From: a virus
Lineage: Duplodnaviria; Caudoviricetes
Direction: 5' to 3' (one strand)
Virus record (IMG/VR): IMGVR_UViG_3300044616_000676
Span: 33-64,032 of that record
DNA length: 64,000 nucleotides
A program made the position numbers and the translations under genes. Of the stretch, positions 8,710 through 19,300 are shown in pieces (position 1 is the first letter of the stretch; each line of letters opens with the position of its first letter). Under the pieces are notes generated by a model that searched no databases, was not told where the DNA came from, and saw nothing but the letters and a program-made list of their open reading frames with translations.

Positions 8710-10593
8710 ATGGCAGTCGCCGCAAAACCAGTCAAAGACAACCGAGTCATCAAATATGGGCGTGTTTGGCCCAATAAACCTTGGGGTCCGAAGGGCAAGA
8801 TTATTCCTTGTCCTGAGTGGTATATGGAGCTTTGCATTTTGCGTGGCTATGACCGAATGAAAGCCATTCCGGGCAACAAACTAGTCAGTTGGCCCCAGCA
8901 TTTTGTGAACTTTACGAAGATCGTGTTTGGCGATCCAAGGGGAATTTATTACTTTGAGTGGAATCCAAATGCCATGCGGATTCTTGGCAACTTCTACAAA
9001 CACAACATACTTGCAATAGCGGGTCACAAATCTTCGTCTAAAACGAACACACTAGCAATGATTGGGGCAATGTGGTTTTTTATCTTCCCCAAAGACACAA
9101 AGGTAATTGTCACGTCAACCACAGTTGCAGCAGCCAAAGACAAAATCTGGGGGCAAATCAAACTCATCTGGATTCATCTGGAGAAGTATTTCGGCCCCAA
9201 CTTTATGCCGGGGAAGCTAGTGGATTCACAGAACCGTATTCGTTTTGAGCATGATGGGGTCAAAAGTGAAACGCGAGGCATCATTCTTCTTGCCGCAGAA
9301 AGCTCTTCTGAAAAAGACTCCGCTGACAAGCTGCAAGGCACAAAGGCCGAGCAAATGATAGTAATGGGCGATGAGTTTGCCACCCTAAAGCACTCGTTGG
9401 TAAACACAGCCCTCAACAACCTTACGGCCAACAAAAAATTCAAGTTGGCAGGCGCATTCAATCCGAACTCGTTTTATGATCCGGGTGGCATCATCTCACG
9501 TCCCAAAGGAGGATGGGCGACCATCACTGAGGACGATGACGAATGGGAAACTGAGATTGAGCCTTTTGGCCTCAAGGGGTATTGCATTCGATTTGACGGT
9601 GAGAAATCGCCAAACGTGGTTCTTGGTGAGGAACGCTGGAAAGGGCTTCTTACCCTTGAAAAGCTGCAACAGATTGGACCGATTGGAACCAAGACGAAGG
9701 GCTACTACGAGCAGATTCGAGGTTTTTGGAGTCCTGCTGGCGATCTTGATTCCATCTACACCGAGACGGAAATCGTCAAGTATGGGGCTGATCGTCCTTG
9801 CACCACATGGGTTGAGCCTCCAGTCATTGTTGCTGCGCTTGACCCCGGCTTTGTGCATGGAGGCGACCGTGCTGCTTTGGCTATCGGTAAATCAGGCATC
9901 GCGGTCAACGTGGACACTCAGACGAAACAAAAAGTGTTTGAGCTTACCCACTTGTATGTGCTGGATGAGGACATCACAAACAAGAGCATCTCCAAGGTTG
10001 AATGGGTGGTTCAGCTTACCAAAGAAAAGCTGCGAGAGCATAAAGTGGATGTGCGGAACTTTGCCATTGACGCAACAGGTGGCGGTGAACCTTTTGGAGC
10101 CTTGATTGCACGCGAGATTGGCCTTGGCTTCATTAACATCAAGTTCTCCGGCAGAGGCTCGGATATGCCAGTTTCTCGAAACGATAATCGCAAAGGGTGT
10201 GACCGCTTCTTCAACATGGCATCCGAGCTTTGGTATGTGGGTCGAGAGCTTGTCCGCACAGGGCAGCTTAAAGGGTTGAAACCAGACGTGGTGGCCGAAT
10301 TGGTTTCACGAACGTATCAGGAAAAGGCTGGCGTGGTTCAAATCGAGTCCAAGAAAGACATGAGATTGCGAACCAAGAAATCCCCAGACTTGGCTGATGC
10401 AGCCCTCATGTGCCTGCACGTTGCGCGTGTTCGCCACGGTCTTTCCTCCAATGAAAAGGCCGCTGTCGTCATGCGCCCCCGTCAAGGAATGAGAGAGTTT
10501 GATCTCGGCTTCTTGACGAAGAAGCCAACGCAGAGTATGCTTCCTGAAAGCCGACTCATTTCATTCGGAGGTGGGTGGGCAAAACAGATATGA
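8710..10593 (+). CDS. terL: terminase large subunit
   Basis: Deviant Walker A GHKSSSKT, Walker B IVMGDE, FNP coupling motif, nuclease motifs LDPG..GGDR, IDATG.G and KSPDLADA. Confidence 0.88.
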   Translation: MAVAAKPVKDNRVIKYGRVWPNKPWGPKGKIIPCPEWYMELCILRGYDRMKAIPGNKLVSWPQHFVNFTKIVFGDPRGIYYFEWNPNAMRILGNFYKHNILAIAGHKSSSKTNTLAMIGAMWFFIFPKDTKVIVTSTTVAAAKDKIWGQIKLIWIHLEKYFGPNFMPGKLVDSQNRIRFEHDGVKSETRGIILLAAESSSEKDSADKLQGTKAEQMIVMGDEFATLKHSLVNTALNNLTANKKFKLAGAFNPNSFYDPGGIISRPKGGWATITEDDDEWETEIEPFGLKGYCIRFDGEKSPNVVLGEERWKGLLTLEKLQQIGPIGTKTKGYYEQIRGFWSPAGDLDSIYTETEIVKYGADRPCTTWVEPPVIVAALDPGFVHGGDRAALAIGKSGIAVNVDTQTKQKVFELTHLYVLDEDITNKSISKVEWVVQLTKEKLREHKVDVRNFAIDATGGGEPFGALIAREIGLGFINIKFSGRGSDMPVSRNDNRKGCDRFFNMASELWYVGRELVRTGQLKGLKPDVVAELVSRTYQEKAGVVQIESKKDMRLRTKKSPDLADAALMCLHVARVRHGLSSNEKAAVVMRPRQGMREFDLGFLTKKPTQSMLPESRLISFGGGWAKQI

Positions 10594-10913
10594 CAAAATC
10601 AAATTCAAATACCCACCTCCAAATTTGGAGGTCAAGAACTTGGGGGCATTATCATCCCTATACCTACAACTGGCATCCTGAATGTAAGAAGAATTTCCCA
10701 ATATTTCATGCACCTCTTCCAGATAAGCATGAATGGTTGCGTGAGATACAAAAGAACAATCCGTTGGGAAGTATGGATTTTTACTTTGAGCGCGTATCTA
10801 GCAGGGATTGCAGGTTTGACCTCATCAATCGTTCATTTCCATGGTCCTCGCCCAAGCAAAGGGAGCTTGCAGCACGAAGGAAGACACCGATCCACCCTTT
10901 GAAAACAAATTAA
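10590..10913 (+). CDS. hypothetical protein
   Basis: ATGA-coupled to terL. Confidence 0.45.
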   Translation: MTKSNSNTHLQIWRSRTWGHYHPYTYNWHPECKKNFPIFHAPLPDKHEWLREIQKNNPLGSMDFYFERVSSRDCRFDLINRSFPWSSPKQRELAARRKTPIHPLKTN

Positions 10914-10939
10914 AATATGAGCACCGACCATCAAATCGC

Positions 10940-13327
10940 ATGACCATCTCCCTCCTTCACGCCACTCGTCGCCCCGAAGCCGCCAAAGCCTGTCAAAAGC
11001 TATGGCTCGAAAATGCGGACAACTCCGCCAACATCGAGATTATCACGGCTGTTGACCACGATGACATCGAATCCCAAAAAGCGTTTCCTGATGCTGTGAT
11101 TGTTAATGGACATGAAGGAGCCTGCGCTGTATGGAACGAAGCAGCAAAACATGCTACCGGCGACATCTTGATTGGCTTGGACGATGACTGGCATTGTCCT
11201 CCATCTTGGGATCAGATCATCGAGTCCTACATGTGCAATGGTGCTGACATCCTGCATGTTGGCGACAAGCATCGCAAAGATGAACTGATTTGCCATCCCA
11301 TCGTGTCTAAGCGTTTCTACGAAGCAATGGGCTATCTTTGGCACCCGTCCTTCAAATCGGTCTATTGCGACAACTGGTTCACCGAAGTTGCAAAACGCTG
11401 GGGCTATGTAGATGCCACAAAGGGAGGCAAGATTGACCTTGGTTTTCTTCATGCCAATCCCTCACAAGGTTATGGCGAGGAAGATGATGTGGCTCGCGAG
11501 TCGAACTCCAAGGAACGCTATGAGCATGGGGCTACGACTTTGGGACGTTTGCAAAGCCAGACCATTCTGGCCTTCACCTGCGCTGATCGTCCGCAGTATC
11601 TCAAGCCTACGCTGGATAGCTGGCTCAAAACCAACTTGTCGCTTTTGTCCTCAGTTCACTTCTTCATTGAGCCTACGGACAAGAGGCATGAATGCGTGGC
11701 TGTCATTGACGAGTTTGCAGCTAAGTCGCCGGTTCCTGTCATCAAGCATTTCAACAAGGAAAAGCTCGGCGTCCTACGCAATCCTTGGCACTTGTTTGAC
11801 CACTGCTTCCGCATTGAGGGCGCAATCTTTACCATTCTTGGCGAGGACGACTTTCTTGTTTCGCCAGACATTCTTGACTTTCTTTGGGGAGCAAGCCGCT
11901 GGAATCTGCATGGCGACGAGAAAACAATGGCGATCTGTGCTAAGTGGGTAGGCGATAAGGCTAACAAGAATCCCGCGACATGGCATCGAGTCACCGAGTT
12001 CACAGGCAATATCTGGGGAACATGGCCCCATGTGTGGAACAAATACCTCAAAGACACTTGGGATTTTGACTATTCCAGTGGGAAAGAGGACGAATCTCCC
12101 GCAGGCTGGGACTGGAATATCCAGCTTCGAGTCATGCCAAAGAACGACCTGCATTGCATTGTCCCAACAGCCTCAAGATCTAAGCACATTGGCATCACGG
12201 GAGTCCATTGCACCGAGGAAGTTTTTGATGACACCGTGGCGTGGAACTTTGTGGAACATAAGTATGATGGCGATTACTTGTCCGTTGAGGATGCGGTTAA
12301 GCCAATCAAGGTAAACATTGATTTGCCTTCCGTGGTGGTATCCAGCAGCGGCGACTTAGGTGACTGCGTTGTGTCTTTAGCAACCCTTGTCTATCGAGGC
12401 AATCCAGCCATTTACCACCTTTGGGATGATGGCATGACTAAAGGGATTGTGGCCCGTGAAAAATTCATCCGTCCGTTCCTTGAAAGCCAGCCCATCATCA
12501 AGGCTGTCCGCATCGGAAGGCCAAACGAATGTGATTGGCGTTCAGAGGATTTCCGTCACCGTAGTTTGCATGACGGATTCTCCAACTTGGCTGAAGTCCA
12601 CGCCAAGCACGCCAGATTGGTTGGATTTTTGGCAGACGTTCCGAGGTTTGATCGTCCTTGGCTGACGCTTTTTGACGTAAAATCCCACGGCAGAATCGTG
12701 GTCAACCGCAGTCCTCGTTACCACAATGACAAGTTTCCTTGGGGGAAGATCGTCAAGCACTACGGCAAACGCCTTGTTTTTGTGGGCCTGGATGAAGAAT
12801 ACGAAGCATTCAGCCACTTTGGGGAGATTGAGCGCGTCAAAGTCAAAGACATGCTGGAATTGGCCCATCTGATTGCTGGTAGCAGCTTATTCATTGGTAA
12901 CCAATCTGTCGCCATGACGATTGCGGAAGGGCTGAAACACCCTCGAATCCAAGAGGCTTGCTTGTGGTTGCCAGACTGCATTTACCCCGGCGTGAACGTT
13001 CAATACATCGGCACGGGTGCGATGAAGCTACCCTCCATTGACGGTTCTGGTGAAGCCTGCATCAAAGCAGAAATAGTCATGCCAGAAGGCTTGGAAACGC
13101 CTCCCGGTGGCTGGCAGTATCCCGGCTTGCTCAAGAACTTGATGCACCCCAATGCAGCTATTTCGATGATTCGGCAGCAAAAACCCGAACTAAGCAATGC
13201 CGAGGCCAAGCAGCTACTTATGGAGTTCAATGCCGAACGGGTTCCTGAGTTCTTTGATAAAAGTCATCTTGACTCAGGATTGGCGAAGTATAGGCTGGCG
13301 ATGAGAAATAACGGACACGCGATATGA
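10940..13327 (+). CDS. multidomain glycosyltransferase (GT2-like + second GT-A + GT9-like GT-B)
   Basis: Domain 1 ATRRP...TGDILIGLDDD...SVYCDN; domain 2 DRPQYL...GEDD...GWDW...SRSKHIG; domain 3 GDLGD...FIGNQS....AEGL. Confidence 0.82.
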   Translation: MTISLLHATRRPEAAKACQKLWLENADNSANIEIITAVDHDDIESQKAFPDAVIVNGHEGACAVWNEAAKHATGDILIGLDDDWHCPPSWDQIIESYMCNGADILHVGDKHRKDELICHPIVSKRFYEAMGYLWHPSFKSVYCDNWFTEVAKRWGYVDATKGGKIDLGFLHANPSQGYGEEDDVARESNSKERYEHGATTLGRLQSQTILAFTCADRPQYLKPTLDSWLKTNLSLLSSVHFFIEPTDKRHECVAVIDEFAAKSPVPVIKHFNKEKLGVLRNPWHLFDHCFRIEGAIFTILGEDDFLVSPDILDFLWGASRWNLHGDEKTMAICAKWVGDKANKNPATWHRVTEFTGNIWGTWPHVWNKYLKDTWDFDYSSGKEDESPAGWDWNIQLRVMPKNDLHCIVPTASRSKHIGITGVHCTEEVFDDTVAWNFVEHKYDGDYLSVEDAVKPIKVNIDLPSVVVSSSGDLGDCVVSLATLVYRGNPAIYHLWDDGMTKGIVAREKFIRPFLESQPIIKAVRIGRPNECDWRSEDFRHRSLHDGFSNLAEVHAKHARLVGFLADVPRFDRPWLTLFDVKSHGRIVVNRSPRYHNDKFPWGKIVKHYGKRLVFVGLDEEYEAFSHFGEIERVKVKDMLELAHLIAGSSLFIGNQSVAMTIAEGLKHPRIQEACLWLPDCIYPGVNVQYIGTGAMKLPSIDGSGEACIKAEIVMPEGLETPPGGWQYPGLLKNLMHPNAAISMIRQQKPELSNAEAKQLLMEFNAERVPEFFDKSHLDSGLAKYRLAMRNNGHAI

Positions 13328-13698
13328 GTGAAATAGACCGCAAAATAATTGAACTACTGAAAAGCATCGACTTTCCATCGCTCCTTTGTGTTCCGGTGGT
13401 TAAAGCCGAAATTGGTTTGGGCGTGGATGGAGTTATGCAAAATGTGATTCCATCTGAGCCAATCAATTTGCTCAATGAAGATGTTGCTGTTGAGGAAGCC
13501 AAGATTCAGCTAGAGGCTTTGATTGAAAAATGTAATTCAGCAATTAAACAGATTGGTGTCGAATCGCTCCGCTCCGCAGATATAGTTTGGCGTCATCAAC
13601 AAGAATATCAACCACCCATTACGGGACGTTTTTTCGCTTGGATGCTAACCGAGCCGATGCCGAACGTAACCACCACCCATTTCAAACCCGTATCCTAA
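13324..13698 (+). CDS. hypothetical protein
   Basis: Coupled ORF. Confidence 0.55.
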   Translation: MSEIDRKIIELLKSIDFPSLLCVPVVKAEIGLGVDGVMQNVIPSEPINLLNEDVAVEEAKIQLEALIEKCNSAIKQIGVESLRSADIVWRHQQEYQPPITGRFFAWMLTEPMPNVTTTHFKPVS

Positions 13699-13701
13699 CC
13701 C

Positions 13702-14733
13702 ATGCTCATCGCCCTACCCGTCACAATCCACGACTCTGAACGCTTCAAGCTCCGCAACGATCTACTCATTCAGTTTGGCGGACTCCTTGACCACACAGCC
13801 ACCATTATTTACGATCCAAACGTAAAAAAGGTTGCCCAAGAAGAATACGACCGTCTGCTTAACACCTTTGGCAAGGTGGACATTGCTCAAGTTACCACAG
13901 ATTTGACTGACCCTAACTCCGTGGTGAACCAGAACATTTGCTTCTACCATGCGGTGATGAATCTGGCTCGGCTGAAGAATGAGCAGCCTTGGATTTACCT
14001 TGAGGCTGACGCTGTACCGACTTGCAAAGATTGGGCGAATCGTCTGCAAAATGCTTATCGTGCTTCTGGCGCGACTTACTTTGGCAACATCGTTCAGTTG
14101 CCCATGATTATCAATGGGCAGCTTGAGCTTGAGACGGGCGAAGAAATGATGATGGGAGTCGGCGTTTATCCGCCTAACATGACCGATCTGGACAATGGCA
14201 TCCGCTCTTTGGTGATTGACCTTGGCAAGCAGGTTGGCAATCCAGCCTTGCCGTTTGACGTGTATCTCCGTGGGGAACAGCGCATGGCAGGATGGGCCAA
14301 CACAGACCTTATTGCCGACCAGTGGAATACCCACAAATACCACGCTGTTGATGGTGGTTTTGAATGCGAGCCTGTCCCGATTGAGCGTAAAGTCCGCAAT
14401 CGCGGAGGCTTTGTGTCCTCCAAAGCCCTCATCATCCACGGTTGTAAAGATAAAAGCCTTTACCAGCTTCTCAAAGGCGGCAAGACATCTGACACGAAAA
14501 CTGCGCCAGAACGTGTCAAAACGCCTGAAAAGGCTCAAGAAACGGCTACTAGCGATTTGACCGAAGAAGAACTAGAGATTCAAGCCCAAGTTGAAGCTCG
14601 CTTGAATGCTGGCTCGCTTCGGCTGAACGTCTTTGCCGATGAACTTGGCAAACCCAAGGATGAAGTCACCGTCATTCTCACCAAGATTGGCTACGTCGTT
14701 CAGAAGCCTAGCGGTTGGATCAAGAAAGCCTGA
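13702..14733 (+). CDS. putative GT-A fold glycosyltransferase-like protein with C-terminal helical/HTH-like domain
   Basis: WIYLEADAVP (DxD-like), GVGVYP, PFDV, IIHGCKD motifs; close to the multidomain GT. Confidence 0.55.
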   Translation: MLIALPVTIHDSERFKLRNDLLIQFGGLLDHTATIIYDPNVKKVAQEEYDRLLNTFGKVDIAQVTTDLTDPNSVVNQNICFYHAVMNLARLKNEQPWIYLEADAVPTCKDWANRLQNAYRASGATYFGNIVQLPMIINGQLELETGEEMMMGVGVYPPNMTDLDNGIRSLVIDLGKQVGNPALPFDVYLRGEQRMAGWANTDLIADQWNTHKYHAVDGGFECEPVPIERKVRNRGGFVSSKALIIHGCKDKSLYQLLKGGKTSDTKTAPERVKTPEKAQETATSDLTEEELEIQAQVEARLNAGSLRLNVFADELGKPKDEVTVILTKIGYVVQKPSGWIKKA

Positions 14734-14735
14734 TT

Positions 14736-15107
14736 ATGAAACTCTTCACATTTGCTAGGACTAGAAATGAATGCGGCGGTCACGGAATTTACCGTGATGA
14801 AGAACGAATTGAGCGTTTCGGCCCTCATTTCCCGCCCGTTTTCCTCTCCTTTGAGTCTGCGAAAGCTTGGCAGGAAAAGATCACGAACCCGCTTACCAAC
14901 GAGGATTTGCTGGCTCAATTCCATTGGTCCGAATGTCATATCGTCGAGCTTGAGCTTCAAGCGGGCCTTGTGACAAATGTTGAGAAAGCTGCCGCTGATT
15001 TGGTTTCTGTTCTAAACAGCCAATGTGAAAAAGATGAATGGCTGGTGGATGAGAAGCTAAAACTCCTCACTCAAGAGCTTGCCAAAATTGGAATGCTTCA
15101 GATTTGA
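14736..15107 (+). CDS. hypothetical protein (paralog of the next gene)
   Basis: FPPVF....A..W...IVEL....VE.AA pattern shared with 15111..15425. Confidence 0.65.
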   Translation: MKLFTFARTRNECGGHGIYRDEERIERFGPHFPPVFLSFESAKAWQEKITNPLTNEDLLAQFHWSECHIVELELQAGLVTNVEKAAADLVSVLNSQCEKDEWLVDEKLKLLTQELAKIGMLQI

Positions 15108-15110
15108 ACC

Positions 15111-15425
15111 ATGATTTTCTTCACCGTAGCTCAATCAAATCCCGGAGGATCAATTCATCGAATGGGATCATGGGAAACCGGCGAGTTCCCTCCGTTATTT
15201 GCGACGAAACAAGAGGCTAATAACTGGAAGGAATCGCATGATAGCTTTCTTTTGAAGAAAGGTGAAATCGTTGAACTTCACTTTAATTCAATCACCAAAG
15301 TAGAGGCCGCCGCTGTCGCTTTTGCCAATGCCTTTACTGCTGAAAAAGAAGATGCTGCCGAAGTCGAAAAGACTGTTCACGCACTGATTGAAAAAATTAA
15401 ATCGGTCAATATTTCATTTTTATGA
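15111..15425 (+). CDS. hypothetical protein (paralog of the previous gene)
   Basis: FPPLF....A..W...IVEL....VEAAA. Confidence 0.65.
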   Translation: MIFFTVAQSNPGGSIHRMGSWETGEFPPLFATKQEANNWKESHDSFLLKKGEIVELHFNSITKVEAAAVAFANAFTAEKEDAAEVEKTVHALIEKIKSVNISFL

Positions 15426-15772
15426 AAGCATTGAAATACCTTCAAAAAAAAGAATGGAGCATGGGAAACGGGCAATGCCCAGAATGTTTTGGTATGCCAA
15501 AAAAATGGTTAGGTCATCCATGTTGCATGGATACTGACCAAATTGGTCACAAACTTGATTGTGGAATAGGACTCGCAATTCGAGAGCTTGGCGGAGATAC
15601 TTTGTTTCTAGGTGAAGTTCATCCAAGAATAGAGCTAGAGTATTTCATTGACTCCGATGGCCAAGAAAAGATTCGGCCAAAGACTAAGGATGGATGTCCG
15701 ATTTTGAAGGAAAAGAACAAAAAGGCCAACCAACATTTTCTGGATAATATCGCGGCTCTATGGGATGCCTAA
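15422..15772 (+). CDS. hypothetical protein with CPEC...H..DC metal-binding motif
   Basis: EWS...CPEC...GHKLDC; ATGA coupling. Confidence 0.6.
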   Translation: MKALKYLQKKEWSMGNGQCPECFGMPKKWLGHPCCMDTDQIGHKLDCGIGLAIRELGGDTLFLGEVHPRIELEYFIDSDGQEKIRPKTKDGCPILKEKNKKANQHFLDNIAALWDA

Positions 15773-15807
15773 ACAGAAAAAGATAGGCAAGCAAAGTTAA
15801 TGGCTGC

Positions 15808-16377
15808 TTAAACCTTCTGCCAGCAATGGTCAGGATATTGGATGCCAGTGTTATCTATCGTTTCAAGCGGCAGATGGACCTTCAAACGTAAAACGCACCC
15901 ACAGCGGACGCAACCTTGAAGCTCGCTATCTCGGCTGGTGTCAGGCCATCCAATACGTTCTCCCACCCATTTTAATGCCGAATGGCAGCTCCAACAGATG
16001 CCCACGGGTTTGTTGTCATGGCACTTGGCGCAAATCGCGGCACGCCTTTCTGCCTCCTCTTTCGGGACAAACTGCATACCACCTTCTGTCCACTTCTTCA
16101 CGCTGTTGGCAAAGCGATAAACGTCATCAAGCGTCATGTGGCGTTCAGGCTCGCCAATCTCTCGACACTCAATATGCGGGTTCTGCTCGCACATCTCATG
16201 GACCACAACGGCCTTCCAGTTGTCAGGGAACTCAATGCCGTTTGCTTCCCATGATTTTGCCACTTTGGGGTAAATGGCGTTAAGCGATAGGTCTTTGTGG
16301 ACAATCCCTGTTCGGCTGTCGGTAAAGACAAAACCGGGAGCGGGTGGAGTCGTTGTCTGGTTAGCTATGGTTTTCAT
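15808..16377 (-). CDS. Cys-rich hypothetical protein
   Basis: R..IC..C, C..C, C..CGC.L..KVHL, CW motifs; coupled to the giant gene. Confidence 0.75.
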   Translation of the reverse strand: MKTIANQTTTPPAPGFVFTDSRTGIVHKDLSLNAIYPKVAKSWEANGIEFPDNWKAVVVHEMCEQNPHIECREIGEPERHMTLDDVYRFANSVKKWTEGGMQFVPKEEAERRAAICAKCHDNKPVGICWSCHSALKWVGERIGWPDTSRDSELQGCVRCGCVLRLKVHLPLETIDNTGIQYPDHCWQKV

Positions 16378-19300
16378 CTGCGATAAGCTCTCTTTAGAGC
16401 ACGATCACGCACTTCATCTGCTTTGTCCTGCAAAAACGCTCTGGCGCGTTCTGTGGGCATTTGTAGCGCACGTTGACCGTAGCGCAGAAGCATATCGCGG
16501 TATCCCCTTCCGGTTTCCAGCGAGTAAGCATCAGCCTCTTCCTGAGTCAAACGGCGACGATTGCGACCTTTGCCAACCATGCGGTATTCGGCATTGGCAG
16601 GGGTCAGGAAGATATTGCGAGCATTCAGAGCGCCAAGAATCTTGTATTCGGGTTCAGTTGGACCCATCATAAACTCACGGGAACCAGGAATGACGTTGCG
16701 TTTGATTTGCTGCCCAAGGATGTCGTAGTATTCCTCGCCAACATAGCGGCGGTAAATCGGGATATGGGAAGCGGTTTTCTCCCACAAGCCTTCGTATTTG
16801 CGAAGTTCTGGCTGAGTGTAGAAGTCAATATCCTTGAGGATACGAGGCACAAATCCGCCAACCCAACCAGATGCAACTCTGGAAAGGCGATCCAAGTCTC
16901 TTTCAGTCGGGTCTTTGGAGGCCAAACGATTACCAACCAAATCTTGAAGGCCGCTAAGAGCAGGGATTTCCAAGGTGGATTTTACGCCAGAAACCATTCC
17001 AGCCACACCTTTGCTCAAGGCACTTTTCTCATCCCATTTTTCAGGAGAGAAACGAACCTGATCGGACATGGAACCAATGGCGGAAAGTATCTGATTTAGC
17101 GGCCAGTTCTGGTAGTTGAACACATACCAGCGGCCATTGAACTTGAAGCCCATCGTGTATTCCTTCTGTCCTTTGGCGAGCATTTGCTTCTTCTGGTCTG
17201 GCGTCAGGTTGGCCCAACCACCATTCCAAAAGTTGCCACGCTCTTCATCATCCGGCTCATCTTGGATAGCCTTGATGACGGAATACCCAACCATAAGCAT
17301 CACAAAGCTAACAATCTGATTACGATAGATCGTTTCGCGGAAAGCATCTTTCCCCTTAATCCTGTCATCCTTGGCCTCAATCTGCCGAAGAAGTCCAGCA
17401 AACGGGATGAAGCTCAAGCCTTGGTTGAACTTGTTGCTGGCGTAGCGAACGAACTTAGAACCTGTCAAACCTGCCGCATTGTAAGCAGCGAATTGACGCA
17501 GATAAGCCAAGGAGAGGAAGGTGACAGCCTTGAGGTCTTTATGGCTAATCCAATCCTTCTTCATCTTCTCCAAATACTCGTCAGCGTTGGACTGACGTTG
17601 GGCGAAGAAACCTGTGATGGCATCATAAACAACGCCACCAAAACCCGTTGGGTGCATCGTCATGGCGGATTCGGAGGCCAGATAATCGGCATTCTCCATC
17701 TTGCCGCCTAGATTATTGATAGCGCGATACATCTCGGCTTCGGCATAAGAATCAACGAGAGCTTTTTCAGCCTGAGTTTTGGGAGCCTTATTGTCAAAGT
17801 AGTCTCGAATTACCTGATCCTTGTATGCCTTTAGGTTGAGCATCTTCTCAGCCTCGATGATCTTGTCTGTGCTCATGCCAGACATGCGTAGGGCAAGCGA
17901 AGCCGTTCCAGCCTTCGTGACCATGACGTTGAAAGCGTCAAGAGCAGTCAGGAGTCGGCTAACGAAACGGAGATACACACCGACATAGCGGCGAACCATT
18001 CGTGGGTCTTTGGCGAGCTTTTCAGCAAGTAGCTTGTGGCGTTGGAATCGCTGAAGTTGATCGAAATTATTTATTTCACTCAGAATGTCGGTTGAACCCG
18101 TTCCAAGCAAACCAACATCGCCCGTCCAAAGGTAGCTCCAAGCCCTGCGTCCAGATTGCTTGAATGCGCCAAGGTAACGAGCAAAACCTTTAAGCATCAG
18201 AATGGATTCTTCAATTGCGCCCTGAATGTCGCCTTTGACTAGCTTGGCAAGCATTTTGCGAGTTCCAATGGTAGCAATGCTGTATCCACCGTTAAGGAAT
18301 GCAGCACCAATCGAGAAAATGGTTTGAGGGCCAAAGAGAACGCTGGAAGTCCACCAGTTAGAAATGATTTCGCTAACAGGAACGTCCATCGCACCAGCGA
18401 GTTCAACAGCAAACTCCATCGCCAGCTTATTGCGCTTGGCGGTGTTCATGTCCTCGTCCTGAAGTTGGTCGGCAAGTTTTTGAATCCGTTCCTTCTGCTC
18501 TTCGGTAAACGAGGTGCTGATGCCGTAGCGTTCGCCCAGAACCTTTATAAGGTCGTCGTTGTTAAAGCCTCCAAGGTTGACGATTTCAAGAATCTTATTG
18601 CGGGATTGTTGGAGTTTCTTCTCCACATCCTCGCTGATTTCATCGCGGTCGCGTGCCTTCTTGATTTCATCACGCAACATGCGGTCAAGAATAGTTTGCT
18701 TTCGATTCTCCCAAGCCTCGGCGTAAAGGTCAGCAAGGCGTTCCTTTTGCTCATCCGTGAGATTCTGGAAGGATGGAAGATCGGAAATGGCTTCAAAGAT
18801 GCGCTGGCGGTATTCGGCAACGTCCTTTGGATTCGATGACAAGATTTTCCGCCAAGGTATTGCGCGTTCAAGAGGAACAGAGTCGGCTGGACGAGCCTTG
18901 TTCATCTCGCGGAGCAAATTACCCAGAGCTTTTGGTCCTTCAAGCATTCTGAAGGCTTCCATGGCTTCGAGGTCGGCCTTTTCTCGCTCAGCGGCAGTGA
19001 ATAGACGTTTTGCAACAGTTTCGCTAACATTGAGCGATTTGAGTCTGGCAACAAAATCTTCAAGAATTACGGGACTCTTTACTTGGTCACGGAAAGCCTG
19101 AATGATCGTGTCTTTATTTGGATTGGTGTCAATTCCAGCAAATCCACTTTGACGCTTCAATCGCTCTTTAGCAAAAATGATACGATGAGCCTGAGCATCA
19201 GCACGCTCACCAACAACAGCCTTGCGTTGCAAAATCTTGTCCTGACGCATGGCTTCACGGGCATCAATTTCAAGTTCTGCCGCTTTCCACAAAATGCCTG

